From contig DBQN01000083.1 of NCBI GenBank assembly GCA_002305255.1, positions 28,642-87,792 of the forward strand: a DNA stretch of 59,151 nucleotides, given 5' to 3'. The first letter of the stretch is position 1, and every line of letters starts with the position of its first letter. This document shows positions 20,576 to 30,883 of the stretch, piece by piece. The notes under the pieces were generated by a model. That model ran no database searches. It was not told the origin of the DNA and worked only from the letters and a program-made list of their open reading frames with translations. A program made the position numbers and the translations under genes. This DNA comes from Firmicutes bacterium UBA1393. Its GTDB lineage: Bacteria > Bacillota > DTU025.

Positions 20576-21637
20576 TCATTGCAGATACTGGTAGATCTCC
20601 TCTTCGTCGATGGCAGGATGCAGTGCTAGATTGATCCCTCCTGCAACCACGTCGGCCAGTTCCTCAGAGAGCAGATCGACCTCTTTGGGCGTCACTATGA
20701 GACTGCCCAGGTATGGTTGGAGCGCCTCCTGCACTGCCCTGGGCAGCGGCGGCTCCCCCGGCTCCACCGCGGCCCCCATCGGACCGGGTGCCGCAGCGCG
20801 ACTTTGCGCCTGACGATTGCCCGCGCCTCCCACGATATTCAGAGCATCCTGGACTATTGTCATGGCATGCACCACCGTGGGAACGCCGACGGCAATGACA
20901 GGCACTCCCATGGTGTCGCGGGTGATGCCGAACCGCCTGTTGCCGACGCCCGATCCAGGCTGGATGCCTGAGTCGCCGAGCTGAATGGTGGTGCCCAGGC
21001 GTGATACCGACCTGGCCGCCAGCGCGTCGGCCACGATAATCAGGTCGGGTTTCAGCCGTTCCACAACGCCTGCGATGATCTCGGCCGTCTCTATGCCGGT
21101 GATCCCCAGTACTCCGGGTGAAAGCGCTGCCACCGACCGCAGGCCTCCTCGCTTCTCAGGCGGAGTCATGGAGTGGATATGCCTCGTCACCAGCACCTTC
21201 TCAGCCACCAGCGGCCCCACTGCGTCGGGCGTCGCGTTCCAGTTCCCCAGACCACATACGAGGGTGGTGAAGTTGGGAGCGCTGCGGAAGTCCGCCCCGT
21301 TGTAGGCACGCACAATCATGGCGATGAGTTCATCTGCCAGGGTCCCCGCAACCTCCTCTGACAGCACCTTGTCTCGCACGGGCAGGTCAGGGGCTTCAAT
21401 GGTGACATACGTGCCTACGCTCTTGCCGAGGGCCCGGGCGCCCTCAGTCGAACTGATCATCACGCGAGTCACTGAACCCCATTCAGTCTCTGATACTTGA
21501 GACGACACTCCCCGAATCGGTCCGCCCATGGCATTCTGAACTGCCTGATGCGCCTCGAGGGCGAGGTCTGTTCTGAGACTGCCGCCTCCCGCGCACGAAG
21601 AGCTTAGGTACGACTTGTTCCAGAGCCGCTTGCTCAA
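20576..21637 (-). CDS. gpr: germination protease GPR
   Basis: Contains RTDLALEAHQ, GLGNWNATPDAVGP, GITGIET, DALAARS, GSGVGN and VTPKEVD blocks, characteristic of the spore SASP endopeptidase. Confidence 0.9.
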   Translation of the reverse strand: MSKRLWNKSYLSSSCAGGGSLRTDLALEAHQAVQNAMGGPIRGVSSQVSETEWGSVTRVMISSTEGARALGKSVGTYVTIEAPDLPVRDKVLSEEVAGTLADELIAMIVRAYNGADFRSAPNFTTLVCGLGNWNATPDAVGPLVAEKVLVTRHIHSMTPPEKRGGLRSVAALSPGVLGITGIETAEIIAGVVERLKPDLIIVADALAARSVSRLGTTIQLGDSGIQPGSGVGNRRFGITRDTMGVPVIAVGVPTVVHAMTIVQDALNIVGGAGNRQAQSRAAAPGPMGAAVEPGEPPLPRAVQEALQPYLGSLIVTPKEVDLLSEELADVVAGGINLALHPAIDEEEIYQYLQ

Positions 21638-21745
21638 CTACAACCCTCCAGTTCAAGCTGATGGAGGTAGTGTGTCCAGATGAGCGGCGTTCTCGCAGGG
21701 CAGCCGCACCGGCTGCTGGCAACCTCAGCACAGGTGTGGATATGC

Positions 21746-21774
21746 TTGCATTGAGCAGATGGGCATGTTAGAAT
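21746..21774 (+). promoter_or_regulatory. sigma-A type promoter for rpsT
   Basis: TTGCAT (21746..21751), a 17 nt spacer, then TAGAAT (21769..21774). Confidence 0.55.
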
Positions 21775-21813
21775 ATCGAACGTGCAATACGGTGGCGGAG
21801 GAGGTGACGCAAG

Positions 21814-22083
21814 GTGCCAAACATCAAGTCAGCAAAGAAGAGAGTGGCCATCAGCAGGATGCGCATGCTCAGGAATGCTTCAGTTAAGTCCTCCGTCAAA
21901 ACTGCGATTCGCAGGTACAACGAAGCGCTGGCGAAGGCTGGTGCCGAGGCTTCAACGAAGGAGCTCGACAACGCTTTCAGCGCCATCGACAGGGCGGCGC
22001 GCAAGGGCGTGATCCATAAGAACCAGGCGGCAAGGCGCAAGTCTCGTCTGGCCAAGAAAGCCAACAAGGCGGCAGCTCTGTAA
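21814..22083 (+). CDS. rpsT: 30S ribosomal protein S20
   Basis: Begins MPNIKSAKKRVAISRMRMLRN..., 89 aa. GTG start preceded by the SD GGAGGAGGTGA. Confidence 0.95.
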   Translation: MPNIKSAKKRVAISRMRMLRNASVKSSVKTAIRRYNEALAKAGAEASTKELDNAFSAIDRAARKGVIHKNQAARRKSRLAKKANKAAAL

Positions 22084-22107
22084 AGGGCAGGTTTGAAGAG
22101 CACAACG

Positions 22108-22140
22108 CCCCGGCGATGTCATCGCGGGGGCTTTTGCTTT
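22108..22140 (+). terminator. rho-independent terminator after rpsT (overlaps the 3' end of convergent holA)
   Basis: CCCCGGCGAT-GTC-ATCGCGGGGG (one mismatch) followed by CTTTTGCTTT. Confidence 0.6.
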
Positions 22141-23153
22141 GCCTGCCGTGAGATCTCGCACAGGTCAGAAATGAGCAGATCCATGCACAGCTCATCGCCG
22201 ACTACTCCCGTCTTAAGCTCGCGGTCGGCGCGGGCAAGGCGGGATATCATCCTGGCTAGCGCGACCTGACTCATAGTCCTGGCCTGGTCGGCCGCCTTCT
22301 TCATTCGGTAGTTCTGCCCCCCTGGCGCAGGCAGGCCCTTGTCTAGTTGAGCGCGGGCATGCAGCACCAACCTGAACTGAGATGCCATGGTTCCCTGGAC
22401 AGACAGAGTGTGTCGTGCTCCCGTGTTCATTCTGGCAAGACAGGCGTGGGCCGACGCCGAATCGCCCACAATCACAGCGTCACACAGGTCCCACACAGAC
22501 TGGGTGGGGTTGGCTCCAACAGCCGCCCTGATGTCATCGGCAGTGACATTGCGTCGCCCAGGCCCCAGAAACAGCGCAAGCTTCTCTATCTCGCCGCCGA
22601 GGGCGCCGAGGTCGAATCCCACCAGATCTACGAGGGCCGTCACCGCCTGATACTCCATCATCAGCCCTGCTGCTCGCGCGGCGTTCCGAACGAACTCCAT
22701 GGCCTCGCGAGCGCGGGCCGGCCGGAACTCGAAGCATGCAACGTTAGCGCCTGCCGCCTCCACGACCTTCTTTGACACGCTCTTCGCCGCGGAGCTGATG
22801 ATGAGGGTCGTGTCAGGAGCCACGCCATGATCGTCCTTGCCCGGCCCGAACACCAGCGTGCCCAGAAAGCGTGCCTGCGCTTCCGCGCTCAACTCCTCGA
22901 ACTTGCTCACAGTGACGACACGGGCCCCTCCGAACATCGGCACCGTCATCACAGCCGAGACGATCTCCTCGATAGGCGCAACACCTACCTCGAAGCGGTT
23001 GATGTCGGCACCGCCCACAGCGGCAGCGGCCAGCGCCTGCGCCAGCTCTGCCGCGCAGTTCGTCCTTGAGTAGGCATCCTCCCCATACACCAGGTAGATC
23101 GGAGGCCGATCCTTCCTCTTCAGGGTTGCCGCCACATCAGCCCGCAAGCTCAT
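22119..23153 (-). CDS. holA: DNA polymerase III delta subunit
   Basis: 344 aa. The N-terminus (PIYLVYGEDAY) and overall pattern resemble the clamp-loader delta subunit. It occupies the conserved position between comEC and rpsT. Confidence 0.8.
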   Translation of the reverse strand: MSLRADVAATLKRKDRPPIYLVYGEDAYSRTNCAAELAQALAAAAVGGADINRFEVGVAPIEEIVSAVMTVPMFGGARVVTVSKFEELSAEAQARFLGTLVFGPGKDDHGVAPDTTLIISSAAKSVSKKVVEAAGANVACFEFRPARAREAMEFVRNAARAAGLMMEYQAVTALVDLVGFDLGALGGEIEKLALFLGPGRRNVTADDIRAAVGANPTQSVWDLCDAVIVGDSASAHACLARMNTGARHTLSVQGTMASQFRLVLHARAQLDKGLPAPGGQNYRMKKAADQARTMSQVALARMISRLARADRELKTGVVGDELCMDLLISDLCEISRQAKQKPPR

Positions 23154-23219
23154 GCCTCCTCATGTACCATGGTTGTGCAGCGACGCAAGGCGCCGCTGTC
23201 GCGGTTGCGGTTCTCGCCG

Positions 23220-24050
23220 TCAACTCTTCATCCCCGTGCGCGCGATCCCCTGTATGAACTGATTCTGCGCCACGAAGAAGATGATCAGGAGAGGGATTAT
23301 GGCTATGGTAGACGAGGCCATCAGCAGGTCGGGCTTCGTGCCGAACTCCTGGTTGAACTGCGACAGCCCGACCTGGATCGTTCGCAACCTGGGAGTGTTG
23401 GTGACTATCAGCGGCCACAGGAAGCTGTTCCAGCCCCCAATGAACGTGAACAGTCCATTAGTGACGAATATCGGGCGCGACAGCGGAATCATCACAGACC
23501 ACAGATACCTGAATCTGCTGCATCCGTCTATCTGCGCTGCGTCCCACAGCTCGATAGGTATCGTCTGAAAGAACTGTCTCATCATGAATATCCCGAACAC
23601 ACTGGCGGCGAAGGGCACGATGAGCGCCCGGTAGGTGTCGATCCAGCCCAATCTCGCGATGATGGCGTAGTTCGGCACCAGCGTGACCTGGCTCGGGATC
23701 ATCATTGTGCCAAGCAGAAGCATGAAGAGCGGCTCCTTGCCCCAGAAGTTGAAGCTGGAGAAGGCGTAGGCCGCAAGCGCAGATGTGAACAGCTGCAGTA
23801 GAGTGGTGACAGTCGCGATGAGTGCCGAGTTGACGAAGTAGCGCCCGAAGTAGGGTTCTGACTGCCATGCGGTCACGTAGTTCTTCCACACCAGACGCGA
23901 CGGTATCCACACCAACCTGTTCACGTAGATGTCTTCAGGCCCTTTCAGCGAGGTGCTGATCATGTAGTAGAACGGCATCAACATCATCAGAGCGCCCACA
24001 ACGAGTAGTACGAACGCTATGACGTCAGCCGGCTTGTTCTTGGCTTTCAT
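23220..24050 (-). CDS. carbohydrate ABC transporter permease (MalG-like)
   Basis: 276 aa with 6 TM helices and an EAA-loop region (DAAQIDGCSRFRYLWSVMIPLSRP). Confidence 0.9.
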   Translation of the reverse strand: MKAKNKPADVIAFVLLVVGALMMLMPFYYMISTSLKGPEDIYVNRLVWIPSRLVWKNYVTAWQSEPYFGRYFVNSALIATVTTLLQLFTSALAAYAFSSFNFWGKEPLFMLLLGTMMIPSQVTLVPNYAIIARLGWIDTYRALIVPFAASVFGIFMMRQFFQTIPIELWDAAQIDGCSRFRYLWSVMIPLSRPIFVTNGLFTFIGGWNSFLWPLIVTNTPRLRTIQVGLSQFNQEFGTKPDLLMASSTIAIIPLLIIFFVAQNQFIQGIARTGMKS

Positions 24051-24066
24051 GTAGTCGGCACCTCCC

Positions 24067-24984
24067 TTACTGGTAATGTACCCTGCTGCCGACGACCTTC
24101 CGCTGGATAAGGGTCAGCACGAAGATGATGGCGAACAGGGCGTAGCCTATGGCCGCAGCGTAACCGAACCTGAAGGAGTTCCAGCCCATCTCGTAGAGGT
24201 ATCTGACAACGACCTTCGTGGTGCCCAGAGGGCCTCCCAGAGACGACGGCCATAGCACGTATACCTGAGTGAACACCTGGAACGATCCGATCACTGACAT
24301 GATGGTAACGAAGTAGGTAGTCGGCGACAGCAACGGCCAAGTAATCTTCGTGAACACGGTCCAACCTCGGGCACCGTCGATCGCCGCAGCCTCGTAATAC
24401 TCATGCGGTATGTTCTGCAGCCCGGCGAGGAAGATGATCATGTTGTAGCCGAGGCTCTTCCACACAGTCATCAGGCACAGCGCGAACATGGCCCACTTTG
24501 GGTCAAGCAGCCACGCTTGCTCGCCGATGCCGAACCAGCCCAACATTGCATTGAGCAGGCCGGTAGCATCCTCCTTGTATATCCACGTCCACACAATGGA
24601 AATCGCCACAACCGGAGTGACATACGGCATGAAGTAAGCAGTTCGTAGGGCCGCCCTGGCCCGTAGGGGCCGGTTGAGCATCGCTGCGACTGCCAGGGAT
24701 ATGGCCATGCCCACGGGGACCGTGCCGAGCACGTATATCACCGTGTTGGCAAGGCTCTGAATGAAGTCGGAATCGCCCAAGAGTTCGCGGTAGTTCCGCA
24801 GCCCGATCCACTTCCAGCGGGATATGAGATTGGTATTGAAGAAGCTGATCCAGGCCGCGTAGAACGCCGGGAAAAAGTGGAACACCAGAAGTATCGCAAG
24901 GGCCGGCGCCAGGTACATGTACGCCTCCAGCGATTCCAGTGTTCGCTTGCGCCTGCTCTTGTCGGATCTCATCTGGCTGACCAC
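24067..24984 (-). CDS. carbohydrate ABC transporter permease (MalF-like)
   Basis: 305 aa with an EAA-loop region (EAAAIDGARGWTVFTKITWPLLSP). Confidence 0.9.
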   Translation of the reverse strand: MVSQMRSDKSRRKRTLESLEAYMYLAPALAILLVFHFFPAFYAAWISFFNTNLISRWKWIGLRNYRELLGDSDFIQSLANTVIYVLGTVPVGMAISLAVAAMLNRPLRARAALRTAYFMPYVTPVVAISIVWTWIYKEDATGLLNAMLGWFGIGEQAWLLDPKWAMFALCLMTVWKSLGYNMIIFLAGLQNIPHEYYEAAAIDGARGWTVFTKITWPLLSPTTYFVTIMSVIGSFQVFTQVYVLWPSSLGGPLGTTKVVVRYLYEMGWNSFRFGYAAAIGYALFAIIFVLTLIQRKVVGSRVHYQ

Positions 24985-27047
24985 TCCCCTCCGCAGAGCC
25001 AGTTGAACAGATTCAGTGTGAAGCGCGCGTTGGAGTATCCATCTCGGAACAGGTCGTAGTCGGAGAAGACCGGAGCACCCAGCACAGCCACGCGGCCCTC
25101 GCCCACCTTCTCTATAGTTGCGAAAACCGCTAGGTCGGCGTCGCCCGTGCCGCCCAGCTCAGCCACGACCCTCGCCGAGCTCCCGCTGATGCGAAGCGGT
25201 CTGACCTCTTCAGCTCTGAGACTGTCGGCGCCCCATGGGACGTCGACGATGTCAGACAAATCCGGTGAGCCGGCATCATCAGCGTCATACGAGACCGCCG
25301 CCCCGAGCAGACTCAGCACGTTGTTGAGGTCGCCCGGATCACGCGACCCGTCGTCAACAGCCGACCAACCGGCCAGCAGCAACGAGCCGCCGCCCAGCAC
25401 GAAGTCAGCCATTGCCCGAACCTCATCATCCGCAAAGTCAGTGGGGGTGAGCGCGAACCCCTGCTCCGGCATGTTCACCACCAGCACATCGGCCCTGTCA
25501 AGAAGGGCGCTGTCGATAGCGCCACTCGACAAAGCGGGATCGTAGCCGGCGTCGGCGAGCAGAGCCACCAGCCTGTTCATATAGCCGGAGTAGCGGTTGT
25601 TGTGCCCTTCGTCGATCATCACCCTGGGAATGCCGGCCGCTCGCACCGTCATGCCTGCACCGGGGAACACATCGGGCGCTTCTGCCCGCGATGCCACATG
25701 GAGCTCAAGTGCGCACCGGCCCACATGCGAGGGCGTGAACACGAACTCTACATCGGAGCTCCTGCCTGCCGGCAGATCGATCTCGACGGAGCCCACAGCT
25801 TCCTTGCCCCACTCACCAGAGGTGAAGAGCGTCACCACGCAGTCGTGCACAGGTGAGGCGTTCCTGTTCACTATCTCCGCCTTGACCCTTAGCTCTCGGC
25901 CCACCTGCGGCACGATGCTGGCTGGGACAATGTTGCACGCGTTGATCCCAGTGCCGGAAGTGATCCAGATCGGCGATGACACCACCAAGTCGCCGTCGGC
26001 CTGCCGGGCCCTCACGTAGAACCACGAGTAGCTCGATGATGGAGCCAACTTGGCAGAGGTCACATAACGGCCTGCGTCGAGCGGTTTATCGGCCCACACC
26101 ACGCTGCCATTTGACACTATCTCCACAGAAGCGAGACGGTCTTGCGAATCCGGATCATCAACGAAGATCGTGAACTCCATCGGAGCGGCTGATCCGTCAA
26201 CGCCCCTTACGATGTCGAGCGCCGAGCCCATGGCCTGGCCCTCGCATGCGAAGAACAGGCGCACATTGCCATCTTCAGTGGCGTATGTCCTCATGCTGCG
26301 GAGGGCATCAAGAATGTCCTCTCTCGTCAGCGCCCTGGCTACGGCCACCGTTCTGGTTGGTGCGACCGTGCCCCAGTTTGCCCTATGGTTATCCTGGTTG
26401 CTGGCGGCCCCCACAAACCAGCCCCGCTCCAGAGCGCGCTGATAGGCGCGTTCATTGGTGATGTTGTGAGTGTACGAACCGGAGCCGACCTCGATGAGGG
26501 CAACCTGCCTATCGGCGTCGCCCCTGTACTCGAAGTCGTTCCAGTTAGGCTGGATATCGTAGCTGGGATGGTTGAACACACCGATCCCATCATGGAGCAC
26601 CAGAAAGTCAATGAAAGCCTGCATATCGCGCTGGGTGTCGCGCGACGCGGCGACAGCGGTATCGAGCCCGTTCATGTGGCCGTCTGTGAAGGTCCATTCG
26701 AATCCGATCAACGTCACGAATCTGCCGGGCTCATACATGGCGTCGGCCTCTTCGTGCGCCTTGTACCACAGGTGCAGGTTAGTCGCCTCCTGCATGTAGT
26801 AGCCGTGATCTGTCACCGCCAGGAAGTCAAGCCGGGCCGCGTCTCTCGCGACTTGGAAGGCGTCGGACGGCGTGAGGACGCCGTCTGAGTAGGAGGTGTG
26901 ACTGTGAAGGTTTCCGAAGTAGAAGCCGTAGTCATCCCACGGCGCGTCTGCAACGGCACCAACTGGCACCGAAGCAATCACGGCCAGACCCACAACCATC
27001 GCCATCAGTGCCAGAAGGCACCGTCCATCACGCAGACGAAGCCTCAT
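24969..27047 (-). CDS. secreted PHP-domain (CehA/McbA-like) metallohydrolase with a large C-terminal extension
   Basis: Signal peptide, then the PHP motif GNLHSHTSYSDG...DFLAVTDH. The start was moved to ATG 27047 (SD GGAGGG 6 nt upstream). It is embedded between the SBP and permease genes. Confidence 0.7.
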   Translation of the reverse strand: MRLRLRDGRCLLALMAMVVGLAVIASVPVGAVADAPWDDYGFYFGNLHSHTSYSDGVLTPSDAFQVARDAARLDFLAVTDHGYYMQEATNLHLWYKAHEEADAMYEPGRFVTLIGFEWTFTDGHMNGLDTAVAASRDTQRDMQAFIDFLVLHDGIGVFNHPSYDIQPNWNDFEYRGDADRQVALIEVGSGSYTHNITNERAYQRALERGWFVGAASNQDNHRANWGTVAPTRTVAVARALTREDILDALRSMRTYATEDGNVRLFFACEGQAMGSALDIVRGVDGSAAPMEFTIFVDDPDSQDRLASVEIVSNGSVVWADKPLDAGRYVTSAKLAPSSSYSWFYVRARQADGDLVVSSPIWITSGTGINACNIVPASIVPQVGRELRVKAEIVNRNASPVHDCVVTLFTSGEWGKEAVGSVEIDLPAGRSSDVEFVFTPSHVGRCALELHVASRAEAPDVFPGAGMTVRAAGIPRVMIDEGHNNRYSGYMNRLVALLADAGYDPALSSGAIDSALLDRADVLVVNMPEQGFALTPTDFADDEVRAMADFVLGGGSLLLAGWSAVDDGSRDPGDLNNVLSLLGAAVSYDADDAGSPDLSDIVDVPWGADSLRAEEVRPLRISGSSARVVAELGGTGDADLAVFATIEKVGEGRVAVLGAPVFSDYDLFRDGYSNARFTLNLFNWLCGGEWSAR

Positions 27048-27147
27048 GCTCATCCCTCCGTGCAATCGAACCCGGGGAGGCCGGCGCAATGCCCGGCATC
27101 CCCGGGGTCAAGTGAATCAGATCATCAAGGGCGCACTGAGCCGGAAG

Positions 27148-28407
27148 CTACAGCCGTCCGTTACCCTTCACCGTTGCGGCGTCGAGGGCTTCTTTAGCCG
27201 TGGCCTTGCCCAGGAACACCTTTTCGACTGCCTCGGAGATGTCGTTACGAATGGTGGACCAGGCTGCGATGTTAGGATCGTACTTGATGTACCTCAGCTG
27301 CTGCAGGCTCTGCTCTTCTCTTGGATGCTCGCTGAACCAGTTCTTCATGGTTTCGAGGTACATGGCCGACTTCCTCACAGGAATGTAGCTCGTGCCAATT
27401 GCCCACTTAGCCGTCTGCCTGGGCTCGACCATCCACTTCACGAACTTCCACGCAGCCTGCTGCTCGGCTTCAGTGGCTCTGGAGAAGATGGCGAGATCGG
27501 TTCCTGCCACGGGGGTCGACTTGTACTTAGCCTCCGCATAAGGCAGGGGCGCGGCGCTCCAGTCGAACTTGCCGGCTACTGACTCAGCGGTGTAGCTGAG
27601 GCCGGGCGAAGTAGTCAGATACATCGCGACCTTGCCGGCGCCAAAGTCGGCGTCAAGGTAGCCGGGAACGTAGTAGGCGACCTTGTATTTGTTGAGCAGG
27701 TCGTTCATGAACTGCAGTGCCTTGATGCCGGCGGGGCTGTTCACGTTGACCTTGCCCTTGGCATCGAGCCACTCTCCACCCGCGTTGAAGAAGAACGTCG
27801 CGAAGATGTCTACGTTGGGCCTGAGACCTATTCCGTACCTGACGATCTTGTCGCCATCACGGATGGTGAGGGCGTTGGCCGCTGCCAGCAGCTCCTGCCA
27901 GTCGGTCGGAGGCTTCGTTATGCCGGCCTCTTCGAACGCATCCTTGTTGTACACGAGGACGTACACGCTCTTGTTGAAGGGCATCGTGTACCACACGCCG
28001 TCGAACACGCAGCCGGCGCGCAGGCCTTCCCAGATGTCCTCCACTTCGAGGGCTGACATGCCGTTCGGACCCTTGACGAACTTCTCCACTGGCACGAGCT
28101 CATTACCGTCTATGTACTCTGCTGCCCAGTTGCCGTAGACCTGAGCCACGGTGGGGGGCTTGCGGGCCACGAGGGCTCCAACCAGCTTCTGGCTGAGAGC
28201 ACCGTAGTTGCCCTGGTACTCTGCTTTGACGATCACGTCGGGACTCTGCGCATTGAACTCATTGACCAGCGACTCCAGTGTGGCGCCGAGCTGGGCACCC
28301 ATGGCGTGCCAGAATGTGATGGTGGTCTTGGTCGCCGCGAAGGACGGACCCACTGACAGGGCCACAAGGAGCAACACACTCAAGACGACGACGGCGAGCT
28401 TCTTCAA
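27148..28407 (-). CDS. carbohydrate ABC transporter substrate-binding protein
   Basis: 419 aa with a signal peptide and a family-1 extracellular SBP pattern. TTG start. Confidence 0.85.
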   Translation of the reverse strand: MKKLAVVVLSVLLLVALSVGPSFAATKTTITFWHAMGAQLGATLESLVNEFNAQSPDVIVKAEYQGNYGALSQKLVGALVARKPPTVAQVYGNWAAEYIDGNELVPVEKFVKGPNGMSALEVEDIWEGLRAGCVFDGVWYTMPFNKSVYVLVYNKDAFEEAGITKPPTDWQELLAAANALTIRDGDKIVRYGIGLRPNVDIFATFFFNAGGEWLDAKGKVNVNSPAGIKALQFMNDLLNKYKVAYYVPGYLDADFGAGKVAMYLTTSPGLSYTAESVAGKFDWSAAPLPYAEAKYKSTPVAGTDLAIFSRATEAEQQAAWKFVKWMVEPRQTAKWAIGTSYIPVRKSAMYLETMKNWFSEHPREEQSLQQLRYIKYDPNIAAWSTIRNDISEAVEKVFLGKATAKEALDAATVKGNGRL

Positions 28408-28510
28408 ATCGTTCCCCCGCTCCGCACAGGCAGGCGGGGCAACCCCCTTTCTTTATTGGCCTCGCACAGTCGTATTCGACGAGACGAATGCTACTCCTTC
28501 ACCCCCGGCC

Positions 28511-30883
28511 CTATTTCGTGATAGTTCGAAGCCTCCTGAACAACGGCATTTTGGCACGTCGATCACCATATGTCGTGACAATCGGCTTGCCAGACGGCCA
28601 CATCGTGGTCAGTTCTACGGCCCCGTTCACATCGGTCCTCAGCGCGACTGCGCCGGCCTCCGCCAGTCGGCCAACGGTCGCCTCCGATGGGTGTCCGTAG
28701 CTGTTTCGCCCCACAGATATCGCAGCCCAGCGCGGCGACACATGCTGCAGGAACTCAAGGCTGGAAGATGACGCCGAGGCGTGATGCGCCACCTTCAGCA
28801 AGTCGACATCCGTGGGCTCCGTAGCGGCCACGATCCATTCCTCGAAGCTCTTGCCGACGTCGGCGCACATCAAGCATGTGGCGCCTTTGCACTCCACGTG
28901 AAGTACCATGGATCTGGCGTTAGGATCGGGGAAGGGCAGTTGGTCGGGATGCATTACCTCCAAGCGGACATCGCGTACCTGTAGCGTCTGGCCACGTCCT
29001 ACTACGACCAGGGTGGGAGCCTTTCCACGGGTGGTCGCAGCTGCAAGCATCTCATTGACCTTCTGCTGCGGCACGCCATGCCCCACAGCCAGCGCGCCGA
29101 TACGCGCTGCCTGAGCCACTGCCGCCAGTCCTCCTGCATGATCAGCGTGCTCGTGCGTGACCACCACAAGATCGATACGGCGAATCCCCTGACGGGCTAG
29201 GAACGGAACCAGAACTTTGGAACCTGCATATTCCGTGCCCGTGTCCACGAGCACGCAGGCACCGCCCGGACTGCGTATCAGGGTCGCGTCGCCCTGGCCA
29301 ACACTGAGCACAGTGATACGAAGTGGCCCCGGCATGGCGAACGCCACGACTAGCACCACACCAGCCGCCACACACCTCCACCTGTGCCTCTTGGCGACCC
29401 GTATCAGCCTCGCCGCCCGCACTGGGTGTGAACCAGCGTACGCTGCGATTACCAGGCATGCATAGTAGAGTAGGGCTTCCATGGCCGACAGAGGCGCCAC
29501 CGAGACCTGGCTAAACGGCATCCCTGCGCTGAAGCGCACAAAGACCGTCAGGAGTGACGCAAGTATCCCTGCCCCACGCACGACAAAGGCGCCGGTCCAG
29601 GGAATGATCGCATAGATCAGAGAACCGACGAGCCCACCCACTAGCGCGAGCGTCGCCAGGGGGATGGCCACGATGTTGACAACGGGCCCAAGCAGGTTGA
29701 CCTTGCCGGCGAAGCCCACTGTAATAGGCCAGGTAACCAGAGACACCGCAGTGGATGAGATCACGGCGCCTGCGACACTCTGGGCTGCAGCACATCTGAA
29801 CAGCCTGGGCACTGTCACTACCGTGGAGAAGGCAGCGTAGGACAACCTGAACCCGGCATCCCACACGAGCACCGGCTGGGCGAGTACCTGTACGGATACG
29901 CCAAAGCACACGAGCTGCAACGGCGAAGGTGCGCGACCGACCAAGACTCCGACACTTGCCAAACAGGCCACGATGAGTGCGCGTACGATGGAAGCCTTTA
30001 GCCCCACCGCGCCTGCATACACCATCGATGCAACAAGGACAGGCAAGCAGACGGCCCACTTCGGCAGCCTTGAGCGCCGCAAGGCGGAGTCGACGATGGA
30101 GTATACCACGCCCAGATGGAGCCCTGACGCTGCCAGCAGATGGGCGACTCCGGCCGCAGTGAATGCATCGTCCACGTCAGGAGGGAGCTGGGATGAGTCA
30201 CCGAGCATCAGGCCACTGAGCACCCCAGCCTGCTCTTGGGGAAGGATGGCGACAGCCTGAGCCTGGACTGCCCTCAGCCAGTGGCTTGCGCGGAGTAGCA
30301 GTCCGCGCCCTGCGTTCCTGACGACGCGGACCGAACCCACCACGCGCCCTGACGCATGAACCCCGCGGGCGAGCATGGGAACGCTCCAGTCGGGATCCGA
30401 CGGGTTCATCTGCTTCGGTACAGGCCACAGCTCGACGAGAAGGTCGATGCGGTCACCCTCTGCCGGCGTGACACGAGCTGATGACTGCGCCTCTACTCTG
30501 CCAAGCCTCTCGCCGAACCCGACGACTCGAATCCGACCGAGCGTCAGCCTGACACCGTCGGAAGTCGGCGCAACGCGGATGACGTCAGCCTCGATCCGAA
30601 CGGTATCACCGGAGTGCGCGGCGATGGAGCTGACGGCCAGAGCATCGATGCGGGTTACGGCAACGGTTCCGGCGATGCCTCCCACAAGCATGAAGGTTGC
30701 CAGCCACCAAACCCTTCTGGCTCGCGGACTGACCATAAGAGTCCGCGCCCTGGCCCAGCCTATGAAGCACGCCGCGGCGCCGGCTGCCGTCCAGACGAAC
30801 CGCGGCATGCCCGCGCACTCAAGGACAATACCGACCAGCACACCGGCTACGAACGCCGGGAGCACGGCTCCTGCGATGGTCAA
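28511..30883 (-). CDS. comEC: DNA internalisation competence protein ComEC/Rec2 with C-terminal metallo-beta-lactamase domain
   Basis: 790 aa with a polytopic competence domain and a C-terminal HEHADHAGG (HxHxDH) motif. It immediately follows comEA. Confidence 0.9.
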   Translation of the reverse strand: MTIAGAVLPAFVAGVLVGIVLECAGMPRFVWTAAGAAACFIGWARARTLMVSPRARRVWWLATFMLVGGIAGTVAVTRIDALAVSSIAAHSGDTVRIEADVIRVAPTSDGVRLTLGRIRVVGFGERLGRVEAQSSARVTPAEGDRIDLLVELWPVPKQMNPSDPDWSVPMLARGVHASGRVVGSVRVVRNAGRGLLLRASHWLRAVQAQAVAILPQEQAGVLSGLMLGDSSQLPPDVDDAFTAAGVAHLLAASGLHLGVVYSIVDSALRRSRLPKWAVCLPVLVASMVYAGAVGLKASIVRALIVACLASVGVLVGRAPSPLQLVCFGVSVQVLAQPVLVWDAGFRLSYAAFSTVVTVPRLFRCAAAQSVAGAVISSTAVSLVTWPITVGFAGKVNLLGPVVNIVAIPLATLALVGGLVGSLIYAIIPWTGAFVVRGAGILASLLTVFVRFSAGMPFSQVSVAPLSAMEALLYYACLVIAAYAGSHPVRAARLIRVAKRHRWRCVAAGVVLVVAFAMPGPLRITVLSVGQGDATLIRSPGGACVLVDTGTEYAGSKVLVPFLARQGIRRIDLVVVTHEHADHAGGLAAVAQAARIGALAVGHGVPQQKVNEMLAAATTRGKAPTLVVVGRGQTLQVRDVRLEVMHPDQLPFPDPNARSMVLHVECKGATCLMCADVGKSFEEWIVAATEPTDVDLLKVAHHASASSSSLEFLQHVSPRWAAISVGRNSYGHPSEATVGRLAEAGAVALRTDVNGAVELTTMWPSGKPIVTTYGDRRAKMPLFRRLRTITK

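Noticed and set aside
21768-22103. 111 aa minus-strand ORF
   Set aside because: It is exactly antisense to rpsT, whose S20 sequence is unmistakable.
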